Source of the DNA: an uncultured Bacillales bacterium | GTDB lineage: Bacteria; Bacillota_I; Bacilli_A; RF39; UBA660 | Assembly (NCBI GenBank): GCA_947564265.1 | Contig: CANOBK010000004.1 | Coordinates: 69,583-133,582 of the forward strand | DNA length: 64,000 nucleotides | Direction of reading: 5' to 3' | Shown: positions 9,837 to 18,272 of the stretch, piece by piece | Layout of the letters: each line of letters opens with the position of its first letter | Position numbering within the stretch: the first letter of the stretch is position 1 | Notes under the pieces: model-generated | What the model saw: only the letters and a program-made list of their open reading frames with translations | Databases searched by the model: none | Told to the model about the DNA's origin: nothing | Made by a program: the position numbers and the translations under genes

Positions 9837-10430
9837 TTAAGTATTAATTTTTTTAACAGTTAGGGAGGCACTTGTTCCACCACCTAAAGTAACTCCAACG
9901 GCTAGTAAGGCAGATACTGCCATATCAATTACTGTGTTGGCTGGTAATTGTACTAAAACACTGCCACTATAGATAGAACTAGTTCCGACAGATAAAGCTC
10001 TAGAAACAACAGTAGAAGCTATATTCGTTCCATTTGCTCGAACGGCTAGAGTCAGTGTAGTACCAAGGGCTACTGATACATTGGAGTAGAAGTTAATTTC
10101 ATAAACGCCACCTTGTGTCACTGTAATACTATTCGTAGTTGCATAGGTAGTATTTAAATTTGGCATAGAAACGGGAAGGGGGACCTGTGATTGTGTACCG
10201 ATTCCCAAGGAAATGTTACTAGAAGTATTGTTATATTTTCCCCCATAGGCAGCTAGACCAGAGGAAGGACCAGTTGGTCCTGTTGGGCCTGTGATTCCAG
10301 CTAATCCCTGAGGCCCTGTTGGCCCTGTGGTTCCAGTTAATCCCTGAGGCCCTGTTGGCCCTGTGGTTCCAGTTAATCCTTGAGGACCAGTTGGTCCCTG
10401 GGGAATCACAAAATTTATTTCATAATTCAT
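9837..10430 (-). CDS. collagen-like triple-helix repeat protein with C-terminal globular domain (BclA-like architecture)
   Basis: N-terminus [13 protein letters not shown], ~15 GXY triplets ([12 protein letters not shown] repeated), then ~135-aa Ser/Thr/Val-rich domain. Confidence 0.85.
   Translation of the reverse strand: MNYEINFVIPQGPTGPQGLTGTTGPTGPQGLTGTTGPTGPQGLAGITGPTGPTGPSSGLAAYGGKYNNTSSNISLGIGTQSQVPLPVSMPNLNTTYATTNSITVTQGGVYEINFYSNVSVALGTTLTLAVRANGTNIASTVVSRALSVGTSSIYSGSVLVQLPANTVIDMAVSALLAVGVTLGGGTSASLTVKKINT
10270..10400 (-). repeat. 36-bp tandem coding repeats ([12 protein letters not shown] units)
   Basis: 10306-10341 and 10342-10377 are identical 36-mers, with diverged copies on both sides. 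Confidence 0.85.
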
Positions 10431-10455
10431 ATCTTCAACTCTTTCTATCTAGATT

Positions 10456-10905
10456 TTATGTGGTTGGTGTGATTGTTACACTTGCCGGTGTTCCTGGTGC
10501 TCCAGTGGTAACTGTTCCAATTGAAAACGTTGGTGCAGGTCCAGTAGCTCCTGTAGGTCCAGTTGCACCCACAGTACCTTGAGGTCCCGTGGGTCCTTCG
10601 ATTCCCTGAGGTCCAGTCGGTCCAGTCGGCCCCTCTAAACCCTGGGGTCCTGTAGGTCCAGTTGCACCCGCAGTACCTTGAGGTCCCGTGGGTCCTTCGG
10701 CTCCCTGAGGTCCCGTAGGTCCAGTTGGTCCCTCTAAACCTTGGGGTCCTGTAGGTCCAGTTGCACCCGTAGTACCTTGAGGTCCCGTGGGTCCTTCGGC
10801 TCCCTGAGGTCCTGTAGGCCCAGTTGCTCCTTCTAGTCCTTGAGGTCCTGTTGGACCTTGTGGGATTACAAAATCTAAAATATATCCAGAAGCATTTTCA
10901 TTCAT
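10456..10905 (-). CDS. collagen-like triple-helix repeat protein
   Basis: [14 protein letters not shown] followed by ~35 GXY triplets in 33-aa repeats; ends [23 protein letters not shown]; RBS GAGGAG upstream. Confidence 0.85.
   Translation of the reverse strand: MNENASGYILDFVIPQGPTGPQGLEGATGPTGPQGAEGPTGPQGTTGATGPTGPQGLEGPTGPTGPQGAEGPTGPQGTAGATGPTGPQGLEGPTGPTGPQGIEGPTGPQGTVGATGPTGATGPAPTFSIGTVTTGAPGTPASVTITPTT
10535..10860 (-). repeat. 99-bp tandem coding repeats (33-aa collagen units), about 3 copies
   Basis: GAGGTCCCGTGGGTCCTTCG recurs at 10581, 10680 and 10779 (period 99 nt) with near-identical intervening sequence. Confidence 0.85.
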
Positions 10906-10951
10906 TTTTTTAATCTCCTCTCATTGATTGAATATCTTTGTATCATATTAC

Positions 10952-11176
10952 TTAATCTATGGGAGTAATATTGACAGATGCCTGAGATCCTGGTAGCCCT
11001 GTTTCGACTGTTCCAATCATAAGTTGTGGAGCAGGGCCTGTTGCCCCATCATTTCCCTGAGGTCCCGTGGGTCCAGTTGATCCGGGAATTCCACCAGGTC
11101 CTCTAGGTCCAGTTGGCCCTATAATATAGCATCCATTTAAAGAATTATAGTTTTTGTGACAATCTTTACAACTCAT
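10952..11176 (-). CDS. short collagen-like protein with Cys-rich N-terminus
   Basis: MSCKDCHKNYNSLNGC then ~11 GXY triplets; ends LMIGTVETGLPGSQASVNITPID, parallel to the C-terminus of the next gene. Confidence 0.7.
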   Translation of the reverse strand: MSCKDCHKNYNSLNGCYIIGPTGPRGPGGIPGSTGPTGPQGNDGATGPAPQLMIGTVETGLPGSQASVNITPID

Positions 11177-11406
11177 TTTATCCTACCTTTCTAATGAAGT
11201 TTCCTTTTACAAAAATATTCATTTTTTGGAAAGTAAAAGATATAGATTTTCTATCTTATATTTTTACTATCAATACAATATTATGCATTTGATCAATTTT
11301 AAATATAAAAATAATCTATTTTATTAAAATGTTAAATTATTTTTACTAGATGTTATATTTTATTTATATACAAATAAAATAATCAATAGTAAAATGTTGG
11401 TAGGTG

Positions 11407-11853
11407 ATGGAAATGAAATTTGGCAAAAGAATAACGGAACTTAGAAAAAAGGAAAATATTACACAAGAACAACTCGCAAAAATGTTAGAAGTTACAAGAC
11501 AAACTATTTCAAATTGGGAAAGTGATATTACAAGTCCAGATGTTAATCAAGCATTAGAACTTACTAAAATATTTAAGGTTCCTATCAATGATTTATTAAA
11601 TGAACAACTTGAAATTCAATGTAAAAATTCTACATCAATTTTAAATTCTCTAATAGGAAAAGAGTGTTTTTTAGATATTGATGATGATGTAGAGGATTAT
11701 CGGATTGATTCCTTAAAAAAATGTAGGATTCTTAGTATTGATGAGAACTATTTAAAATTTCAATTTTCTCATGGAAAAGAGAAAATTACGAAATTAATTG
11801 ATTTAAGACTCATTCATTCTTTTAAAATAGTAACTAAGAAGGAGGAGCAATGA
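11407..11853 (+). CDS. XRE-family HTH transcriptional regulator
   Basis: ITQEQLAKMLEVTRQTISNWESD helix-turn-helix; divergent from the collagen genes; exact start ambiguous (GTG 11404, ATG 11407 or ATG 11413). Confidence 0.8.
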   Translation: MEMKFGKRITELRKKENITQEQLAKMLEVTRQTISNWESDITSPDVNQALELTKIFKVPINDLLNEQLEIQCKNSTSILNSLIGKECFLDIDDDVEDYRIDSLKKCRILSIDENYLKFQFSHGKEKITKLIDLRLIHSFKIVTKKEEQ

Positions 11854-12170
11854 TGGAATTATTTTTATTATTTATTATTCTTTTTATTTTATTTGATTTA
11901 GAATCTAAAGTATCAAAAATAAGTACAAGGGATCCTATGACTCAAAAATTTACATCTCAAGAGATTAGAAAATTAGTAGGAAAGACGGTCTGTTTAAATC
12001 TTAAAAATGAAGATATTCAAGATAGTTATTTGTTTGACCCAATCAGTAATACAAAGGGAATCATTGTAGAGAATGATGAAGAATGGCTTTTATTTCAATA
12101 TGAAACCAAAAAGGAAGTAGTACAGCAATATTTTAGAATTCAAGATATCTCTAGTATTGATGAAGTATAA
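11850..12170 (+). CDS. small membrane-anchored hypothetical protein
   Basis: ATGATG overlap with upstream stop; N-terminal TM LFLLFIILFILF. Confidence 0.55.
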   Translation: MMELFLLFIILFILFDLESKVSKISTRDPMTQKFTSQEIRKLVGKTVCLNLKNEDIQDSYLFDPISNTKGIIVENDEEWLLFQYETKKEVVQQYFRIQDISSIDEV

Positions 12171-12323
12171 ATAGTACAACATAATTCTTTTTTTCTAGAA
12201 TATTATTTCATAAAAAGTCAAAGATATAAATATTAGTATTCATTTTATCATTTTTGCAAAAAAATTAAAAACAGTATTGTCAAAAGATGGTAAAAATGCT
12301 ATTATTATATTGTTGATTTTTAT

Positions 12324-12400
12324 GGCGAGGTAGCTCAGCTGGCTAGAGCGTTCGGTTCATACCCGAAAGGTCGAGGGTTCGATCCCCCCTCTCGCTACCA
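12324..12400 (+). tRNA. tRNA with CAU anticodon (elongator Met type; lysidine-modified Ile2 not excluded)
   Basis: 77 nt: acceptor GGCGAGG/TCTCGCT (two G-U pairs), D-arm GCTCAGCTGGCTAGAGC, anticodon stem TTCGG/CCGAA with loop TTCATAC, GGTTCGATCC T-arm, encoded CCA. Confidence 0.9.
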
Positions 12401-12542
12401 TTTAAAAAGTTACTAGATTCATATCTAGTTTTTATTTTATAGGAATACTATTTATTTAGTGTTCCTATCTTTTTTTGTTTATAGGAAAATGATATAATAA
12501 TCTCACAGACAAATAGTAATTTGTAGGGAGGAGTATTATATT

Positions 12543-12647
12543 ATGGGAAAAATAAAAAAATTCTTTAAAGAGCATAAGAAAGCAATAGGCACTATCATAA
12601 TTTTAATTGGTGTAGTTGTTGCTTGTGCAATAAACTTATTATGGTAA
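12543..12647 (+). CDS. 34-aa Lys-rich/hydrophobic peptide (MGKIKKFFKEHKKAIGTIIILIGVVVACAINLLW)
   Basis: GGGAGGAG RBS 10 nt upstream, extended -10 TGATATAAT at ~12490, single TM; stop codon overlaps junction-module copy A. Confidence 0.4.
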   Translation: MGKIKKFFKEHKKAIGTIIILIGVVVACAINLLW

Positions 12648-12697
12648 ATTACAATTTAACGAGCAGACTAGAAATAGTTTGTTTTATAATGTATAAT
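12645..12697 (+). repeat. cassette-junction module copy A (box + hairpin + -10)
   Basis: TAAATTACAATTTAACGAGCAGACT, hairpin CAGACTA/TAGTTTG, then TTTTATAATGTATAAT. Confidence 0.8.
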
Positions 12698-12699
12698 TA

Positions 12700-12821
12700 A
12701 AATACAAAGTTAAAAACACAGTTCTGGTTGGTAGTCCAGACATAATAATTTTATTATTATCAGTAACCTGCCTCCTAAGGTTGTCCGTTCTTTGTATATT
12801 TTTTATAGGAGGTTAATTTGT
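12700..12821 (+). promoter_or_regulatory. structured 5' leader, candidate yjdF-type riboswitch
   Basis: Closing stem ATACAAAG (12702-12709) / CTTTGTAT (12790-12797), internal hairpins CTGG..CCAG and AACCT..AGGTT, anti-SD CCTCCT (12771-12776) versus RBS AGGAGG (12807-12812); lies upstream of a DUF2992/yjdF homolog. Confidence 0.5.
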
Positions 12822-13238
12822 ATGAATAAGGTACAAATTAAATTGACAGTCTTATTTGATGGTGCTTTTTGGATTGGTGTTTTTGAAAGAGTGATTGATA
12901 ATAAATTAGAAGTTGCTAAAGTTACTTTTGGGGCAGAGCCAAAAGATATAGAAATATATAACTTTATCTTAAATAAATATCAATATTTAAACTTTAGTAA
13001 TGGAATTTCTATAAATCAGAAAACACAAAAGGAAGTAAATCCTAAACGAATGCAAAGGTTTTTAAAAAAACAAGTTGATAAATCATTAGGAACAAAATCG
13101 CAACAAGCATTAAAACTTCAACAAGAACAACATAAAATAGATCGTAAATCTATATCTAAACAGAAAAAGGAAGAATTTTTAAAGTTAAAGTTTGAAATGA
13201 AACAAAAGAAAAGACAGCAAAAGCACAAAGGAAGATAA
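12822..13238 (+). CDS. DUF2992 (YjdF-like) protein
   Basis: TVLFDGAFWIGVFERV...FGAEPKDIEIYNFI...NPKRMQRFLKK plus Lys-rich tail; ATG 12822 has RBS AGGAGG, so the 12792 start in the ORF track is rejected. Confidence 0.7.
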   Translation: MNKVQIKLTVLFDGAFWIGVFERVIDNKLEVAKVTFGAEPKDIEIYNFILNKYQYLNFSNGISINQKTQKEVNPKRMQRFLKKQVDKSLGTKSQQALKLQQEQHKIDRKSISKQKKEEFLKLKFEMKQKKRQQKHKGR

Positions 13239-13270
13239 GACTTAAAGGATTTATTTTTTAAGTTCTTTTT

Positions 13271-13337
13271 AATTACAAATTACAATTTATAAAGCAGATC
13301 AACAGGTATAGAAGATTTGCTTTTTTCGTGGTATAAT
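13271..13337 (+). repeat. cassette-junction module copy B
   Basis: AATTACAAATTACAATTTATAAAGCAGATC, hairpin GCAGATC/GATTTGC, TTTTTT, extended -10 TGGTATAAT. Confidence 0.8.
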
Positions 13338-13393
13338 TATAAATGTAAATAGGACAAAAAATAGTAACTTGAAAGTGAGTTGAAGTAAGATAA

Positions 13394-13639
13394 ATGAATA
13401 TAAAAGGTGTGGAAAAAGATAAAGTAGATAAAGGTTTTGAATTATTTTATAATAACTTATCATATCGAAGAAAGTTCATTAGAACACTTTGGCTTATTCC
13501 AATTGGAATTGTAGTTGGAGCTATAATTTCTTATCTCAGTATAATCGTTTCATTATTTTATTGGCTATGGTTTATAATTGCTATAATCAAGCAATTAAAA
13601 TATAACTATACTATGTGGAAACAGAAAGCAGATAAATAA
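13394..13639 (+). CDS. small two-TM membrane protein
   Basis: 81 aa with two hydrophobic segments; leader shares GTTGAAGTAAGA with the 24109 gene; stop followed by degenerate box AAATTATAATTA (13638-13649). Confidence 0.6.
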   Translation: MNIKGVEKDKVDKGFELFYNNLSYRRKFIRTLWLIPIGIVVGAIISYLSIIVSLFYWLWFIIAIIKQLKYNYTMWKQKADK

Positions 13640-13796
13640 ATTATAATTAAGAAGGAAAAATAATAATTTGGCTATTATTAAAAAGTATATACCTAAAGTT
13701 ATATTATTTTTAATTTTAAATGGAAGTGATGTATATGGTTGCAGATTGATAATAATATCATGTTTATTATTTAAGAAAAATTAGTAAGGAGAATTT

Positions 13797-14450
13797 ATGG
13801 AGTATTTAATAACATTTGTAGAAGGATTAGCTTCTTTTATATCACCCTGTATTTTACCAGTTATTCCGATTTATATCTCTTATTTTGCTACTGAAAGTAA
13901 AAGTACAAAGAAATCTATTATTAACTCTATTGGTTTTGTTTCAGGATTTAGTATTATATTTATACTTTTGGGAGTATTTGCAGGTACATTTGGTGTGGTA
14001 ATACATAAATATTCAGATTATATCAATATTTTACTTGGATTATTTTTAATCGTTATAGGATTGAATTATATGGAAGTTATTATGGTTAAATTTTTAAATA
14101 AAACAAAAGGAATTCAACAGAATGATAAAGATTTGAATTTTATTACATCTATCTTGTTTGGTATCTTCTTTTCTTTATCATGGACTCCTTGTGTAGGTGC
14201 TTTTTTATCGTCAGCATTAATTCTTGCTAGTACAACAGGTAGTGTTTTAAAAGGTACAATTTTGTTATTGTTATATTCGTTAGGTTTAGCAATTCCTTTT
14301 TTAATAACAACGGTATTTATGGAAAGAGTAAAAAATACTTTTAACTTTATAAAAAAGCATTATAATATTATAAATAAAGTAGCAGGAAGTATTCTCGTTG
14401 TAAGTGGAATATGGAATATTGCAAATGGAATAATTGGAATTATGCGTTAG
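13797..14450 (+). CDS. ccdA: cytochrome c biogenesis / thiol-disulfide transporter, CcdA (DsbD_2) family
   Basis: Six TM segments; conserved Cys in SPCILPVIPIY and WTPCVGAF. Confidence 0.85.
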   Translation: MEYLITFVEGLASFISPCILPVIPIYISYFATESKSTKKSIINSIGFVSGFSIIFILLGVFAGTFGVVIHKYSDYINILLGLFLIVIGLNYMEVIMVKFLNKTKGIQQNDKDLNFITSILFGIFFSLSWTPCVGAFLSSALILASTTGSVLKGTILLLLYSLGLAIPFLITTVFMERVKNTFNFIKKHYNIINKVAGSILVVSGIWNIANGIIGIMR

Positions 14451-14462
14451 GAAGGTGTAAGA

Positions 14463-14900
14463 ATGAATAAAAAGAAAGTTAGTTTGATTATTGAAATCGT
14501 ATTGTTTGTATGTGCATTATTTGCGATAACAGGTATCTATTATTTTGGAGGAAATGATACTAAAATTGAAGAAGAAGCAGGAGAAGTTGGAATCGTCAAA
14601 GTAGATGATGATAATTTTCAGGAAGAAGTATTGAGTTCGGATAAGCCAGTAATCTTAGAATTCTCATCTAATAATTGCCCACCATGTTTAACTATGATTC
14701 CGACAATGATAAATATTGCTAAAAATAATAAGAATATAAAAGTTGCTTCTGTTAACTGTGATGATGACAATGTTTCTAAAATAGTAAAAGATTATCATAT
14801 TGATGCATATCCTACCATCTTTATAATCAAAGAAGGTCAGATTCAAAAAAGATTTGTTGGTGTTACGAGTGAAACAGCATTGTTAAGTGAAGCTCAATAG
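14463..14900 (+). CDS. membrane-anchored thioredoxin
   Basis: N-terminal TM plus thioredoxin fold with CPPC active site (SSNNCPPCLTM); adjacent to ccdA. Confidence 0.8.
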   Translation: MNKKKVSLIIEIVLFVCALFAITGIYYFGGNDTKIEEEAGEVGIVKVDDDNFQEEVLSSDKPVILEFSSNNCPPCLTMIPTMINIAKNNKNIKVASVNCDDDNVSKIVKDYHIDAYPTIFIIKEGQIQKRFVGVTSETALLSEAQ

Positions 14901-14911
14901 TGGAGGTATTT

Positions 14912-15319
14912 ATGAAAAAAAGACATATTGTTATGGTTACTGTATTAGTTTTATTCGCACTAATTATGTTTGGTATAAAAGACTCTAAAAATGTTAAAAA
15001 TTTAACTTGTACTGTAAATGGTGAATTTTTAAATATGGAAAGTTTAACCACTTTAAAAATTAAAGTAAAAGGGAATAAGATTAAAGATATGGATATTATT
15101 ATTGATGCTATTCTTCCAAAAGAATCTCTAGATCAGAAACAAGATTTAATAAATTCCTTTAATGCGAGTGGTAAAATGAAAGCAACAAGTACAAAAGAAG
15201 GAATTAGATTTCAAACAGGAATGTATAGTAATTATTTTAAGGCTTTGAAAATGAATACTAAATCGTCTTATAGTGATTTAAAAAGTACATTAGAATTAGA
15301 AGGATTTAGTTGTAAGTAA
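14912..15319 (+). CDS. membrane-anchored hypothetical protein
   Basis: ATG 14912 preceded by GGAGG; N-terminal TM VMVTVLVLFALIMFG; no recognised domain. Confidence 0.6.
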   Translation: MKKRHIVMVTVLVLFALIMFGIKDSKNVKNLTCTVNGEFLNMESLTTLKIKVKGNKIKDMDIIIDAILPKESLDQKQDLINSFNASGKMKATSTKEGIRFQTGMYSNYFKALKMNTKSSYSDLKSTLELEGFSCK

Positions 15320-15367
15320 TAATGGAAATATTTTAATGATGTCTTGCTAAAAAAATAGAAAAGTAAG

Positions 15368-15419
15368 TTTATAAAGCAGATTACTTCCTATAGAAAATCT
15401 GCTTTTTGCGTGCTATAAT
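15368..15419 (+). repeat. cassette-junction module copy C (box degenerate)
   Basis: TTTATAAAGCAGATT, perfect hairpin GCAGATT/AATCTGC, TTTTT, extended -10 TGCTATAAT. Confidence 0.75.
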
Positions 15420-15448
15420 AAAGAAAAATTAGCTATTTAGGTGATATT

Positions 15449-16777
15449 ATGAGTATTGAAAGTGATGTATTTAAGAGAAAAAAGGTTTGTTTTGATAAAT
15501 TAACAGCTTATGGATTTAAAAAAGAAGGATTGATTTATAAGTATTCAAAACCATTTTTGGATGACTTCAGAGCAGATATTGAAATTAATGAGCAGGGAGA
15601 GGTTTCTGGAATGGTTTATGACCTTACTATGGATGAAGAATATATAAATATTCGAATCGAAAGTCAAGTGGGAAGCTTTGTAAATCAAGTAAGGGAAGAG
15701 TACCAAAAAATTTTAGAAGATATTTCGGATCATTGTTTTGAAAAATTCTTTTTTATCACAGAGCAGGCCAACCGAATTGCAGGATCTATACGAAATTTGT
15801 ACCATGATGAACCAGAGTTTGCTTGGGAAAACTCTCCGGGATTTGGAATTTTTAGAAATCCTAGTAATGAAAAATGGTATGGATTAATTATGAATATTGA
15901 TAAGAGCAGAATTGATAAGAACGGTTCAGAAGAGGTAGAAATCATCAATGTAAAATTAGATCCTGAAAAAATTCAAAGGTTACTTTCTAATCGTGGATTT
16001 TATCCTGCTTATCATATGAATAAAAAGAACTGGATTACCATTCTTTTAGATGGTACTCTTTCTGATAATGAGGTGATGGAGTGTGTCAAAGAGAGTCACC
16101 AATATACAGAAAAAGGGGAGGAATGGATTGTTCCTGCGAATCCTAAATTCTATGATGTTATCTCAGATGTCCGTGATCATGATGTAATTACATGGAAACA
16201 ATCCAGCAATATTCAGGTTGGTGATTCTGTCTATTTATATGTTGGTGCTCCTTATTCTTCTATTCTTTGTAAATGCCAAGCACAAGAAGTAAATATTCCA
16301 TACGATTATCAGGATCATAATTTGTCTATGGAGAAAGTCATGAAATTAAAGGTACTAAAAAGATATCAACAGGATCAATATCCTTTTGCTAAACTAAATG
16401 AGTATGGAGTGAAGGCCATACGTGGTCCTAGAAGTATGCCTAAAAAATTAAGTGAAGTAATCAACCAAGAATCGAAAGTAGTAAATCAAATGAAAACAGA
16501 TTTGCTTACGATTCCTAATATTGGTAAAAATACAAAAGAAGATTTATTAAACTTAGGAATTACTTGTGTTGAGGATTTAAAGGGAAAAAATCCTGAAAAA
16601 CTTTATTTAGAAGATTGCAAAGTAAAAAAATATCAAGAGGATAGATGTCAATTATACGTATTTCGGATGGCAGTTTATTATGCAGAACATACTACTCATG
16701 AAAAAGAAAAGTTAAAATGGTGGTATTGGAAGGATAAAGAATATTTTAATGAAACAATTAAAGAGGACCAATTATAA
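15449..16777 (+). CDS. multidomain fusion: MmcQ/YjbR-like + PUA-like (EVE/ASCH-type) + helix-hairpin-helix C-terminus
   Basis: FGIFRNPSNEKWYGLIM...KKNWITILLDG (YjbR fold); WIVPANPKFYDV...GDSVYLYVG (PUA-like); LLTIPNIGKNTKEDLLNLGI (HhH). Confidence 0.55.
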   Translation: MSIESDVFKRKKVCFDKLTAYGFKKEGLIYKYSKPFLDDFRADIEINEQGEVSGMVYDLTMDEEYINIRIESQVGSFVNQVREEYQKILEDISDHCFEKFFFITEQANRIAGSIRNLYHDEPEFAWENSPGFGIFRNPSNEKWYGLIMNIDKSRIDKNGSEEVEIINVKLDPEKIQRLLSNRGFYPAYHMNKKNWITILLDGTLSDNEVMECVKESHQYTEKGEEWIVPANPKFYDVISDVRDHDVITWKQSSNIQVGDSVYLYVGAPYSSILCKCQAQEVNIPYDYQDHNLSMEKVMKLKVLKRYQQDQYPFAKLNEYGVKAIRGPRSMPKKLSEVINQESKVVNQMKTDLLTIPNIGKNTKEDLLNLGITCVEDLKGKNPEKLYLEDCKVKKYQEDRCQLYVFRMAVYYAEHTTHEKEKLKWWYWKDKEYFNETIKEDQL

Positions 16778-16892
16778 AAAAGTGGATAATGTTTGTTTAA
16801 AAAATTCTGTTAGATAAGCGAATGCAACTGAAAGTTGGTAGTTTTAAAATAATTTTTCGAATATGATAGAACATGAAAAGGAGGAATATCTA

Positions 16893-17810
16893 ATGAAGTT
16901 TGGAGAAAATTTAAAAAAATTAAGAAAATCAAAAAAACTATCACAGGAAGATCTTGCAGAAAAAATGAAGGTATCAAGACAAAGTGTTAGTAAATGGGAA
17001 ACAGGTGATGCTTATCCTGAAATGAATAACATATTACAACTTTGTAAAATATTTCACTGTCGTATAAATGATCTTGTAAATGATAGTATCATTGATGTTG
17101 ATTCATTAGATGAAGAAATTAAAATGAATGTAGTGAAATTTAAAAAAGAACAGCAGCAAAAGATGAAAGGGTTAAGTAAGGCAATTTCTATAATTGCTAG
17201 AATTGGTAAAGTTGTTTGTCTTGTTTGTATTCCAATTTTAATAGTATCTATGATATTCGTAGGGATAACTATCAAAGATGTAGATATAGTTGATAACGAA
17301 ATAAAAATAGCTGACAATTCTATAGTGTCATTAATCGATGAAGATGATAAGCTCACTTTAAAATTAAAAGGAATGGTACTTATTGACGCAACTGATTCTA
17401 GTGAAATTGCAACAATAAAAGAAGTATTAATGAACAATTCAAAATTATCAGTATTCATATTCATGGAATCAGCATTTCTTGTTTTAATAATTACATTATA
17501 TTTAGGGAGCATCTTATTAAAATCATTAGAAAAATTATTTAATAATATTCATAATGGAGATACGCCCTTTACTCTTGAAAATGTTGGATATATAAAGAAA
17601 ATGGCATATTTAATGATTGTTCTTGTAATACTTCCATCTTTTGGGGGAGGAGTATTTGAAATACTTTTGAAAATGGATTTAGATGTTGATTTTGAAATAT
17701 TTAGTTTAGTAGAAATTTTATTTTTATTCAGTATCGCTTATATTTTCCAATATGGGTATGAAATTCAATTAGACTCTAAAGGAAAAATGTATGGAGAAGA
17801 AAATGAATAA
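16893..17810 (+). CDS. membrane-tethered XRE-family HTH regulator
   Basis: LSQEDLAEKMKVSRQSVSKWETG HTH followed by ~4 TM segments; ATG 16893 preceded by AAAGGAGG. Confidence 0.75.
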   Translation: MKFGENLKKLRKSKKLSQEDLAEKMKVSRQSVSKWETGDAYPEMNNILQLCKIFHCRINDLVNDSIIDVDSLDEEIKMNVVKFKKEQQQKMKGLSKAISIIARIGKVVCLVCIPILIVSMIFVGITIKDVDIVDNEIKIADNSIVSLIDEDDKLTLKLKGMVLIDATDSSEIATIKEVLMNNSKLSVFIFMESAFLVLIITLYLGSILLKSLEKLFNNIHNGDTPFTLENVGYIKKMAYLMIVLVILPSFGGGVFEILLKMDLDVDFEIFSLVEILFLFSIAYIFQYGYEIQLDSKGKMYGEENE

Positions 17811-18066
17811 GACAGAATTTATAAAACAATTATCAAATAACCTTTCATATTCTGAAGATAAGTGTGCTATCATAAACGATATTTTAGAAAGTAATTTCTT
17901 TATCAGTAAAAAGAGTAAAAACAAAATTATAGATGATTTTGTTGAGAAATTAAAAATAGATAATAAAGAGGCAAGTTACATATATGAAGTATCAACAAAG
18001 ATAGTAAATGATGAAATAAAATATAAATTAAAACATCCATTTGGAAGTCAAGATAGAAATATATAA
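17803..18066 (+). CDS. small hypothetical protein
   Basis: 87 aa, overlaps upstream stop by 8 nt; N-terminus MNKTEFIKQLS is reminiscent of HU-type helices, but no beta-arm is seen. Confidence 0.45.
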   Translation: MNKTEFIKQLSNNLSYSEDKCAIINDILESNFFISKKSKNKIIDDFVEKLKIDNKEASYIYEVSTKIVNDEIKYKLKHPFGSQDRNI

Positions 18067-18093
18067 TGTAATATCAGTTATAATATAGAAATG

Positions 18094-18155
18094 AATTATT
18101 TATAAGCAGATCAACCGATATAGAAGATTTGCTTTTTTGTTCATGGTGTGATATT
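18094..18155 (+). repeat. cassette-junction module copy D (box partly deleted)
   Basis: AATTATTTATAAGCAGATCAACCGATATAGAAGATTTGCTTTTTT; stem and loop almost identical to copy B. Confidence 0.8.
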
Positions 18156-18272
18156 TATATAGAAAGATAGAAAATCTTAATTTATAGGGTAGATTATGAA
18201 AAATAATTTACTTTTTTAAATTCTATGGAACTTTTTTTAAAAAAATTCAACTATGATAGTGAGGTGAACAAA

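Noticed and set aside
10319-10582. Plus-strand 87-aa ORF (and many other track ORFs such as 73-276, 717-908, 17054-17512, 22300-22542, 25111-25425, 29612-29992, 40577-40834, 51062-51355, 58854-59147)
   Set aside because: All lie antisense to, or out of frame within, strongly supported genes. They have low-complexity translations and no RBS, so they are shadow ORFs.
10270-10860. Possible CRISPR-like periodic repeats
   Set aside because: The periodicity (36 and 99 bp) is in-frame GXY collagen coding sequence. There are no unique spacers and no cas genes.
12792-12821. Upstream extension of the DUF2992 ORF (track start 12792, MYIFYRRLIC...)
   Set aside because: The extension has no RBS and overlaps the leader's closing stem. 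ATG 12822 has AGGAGG at the proper spacing, and homologs start near MxKVQIKLTV.
13668-13784. 38-codon TTG-initiated hydrophobic ORF in the spacer before ccdA
   Set aside because: TTG start with a poorly spaced purine-rich tract only, and no supporting conservation visible. It cannot be supported.
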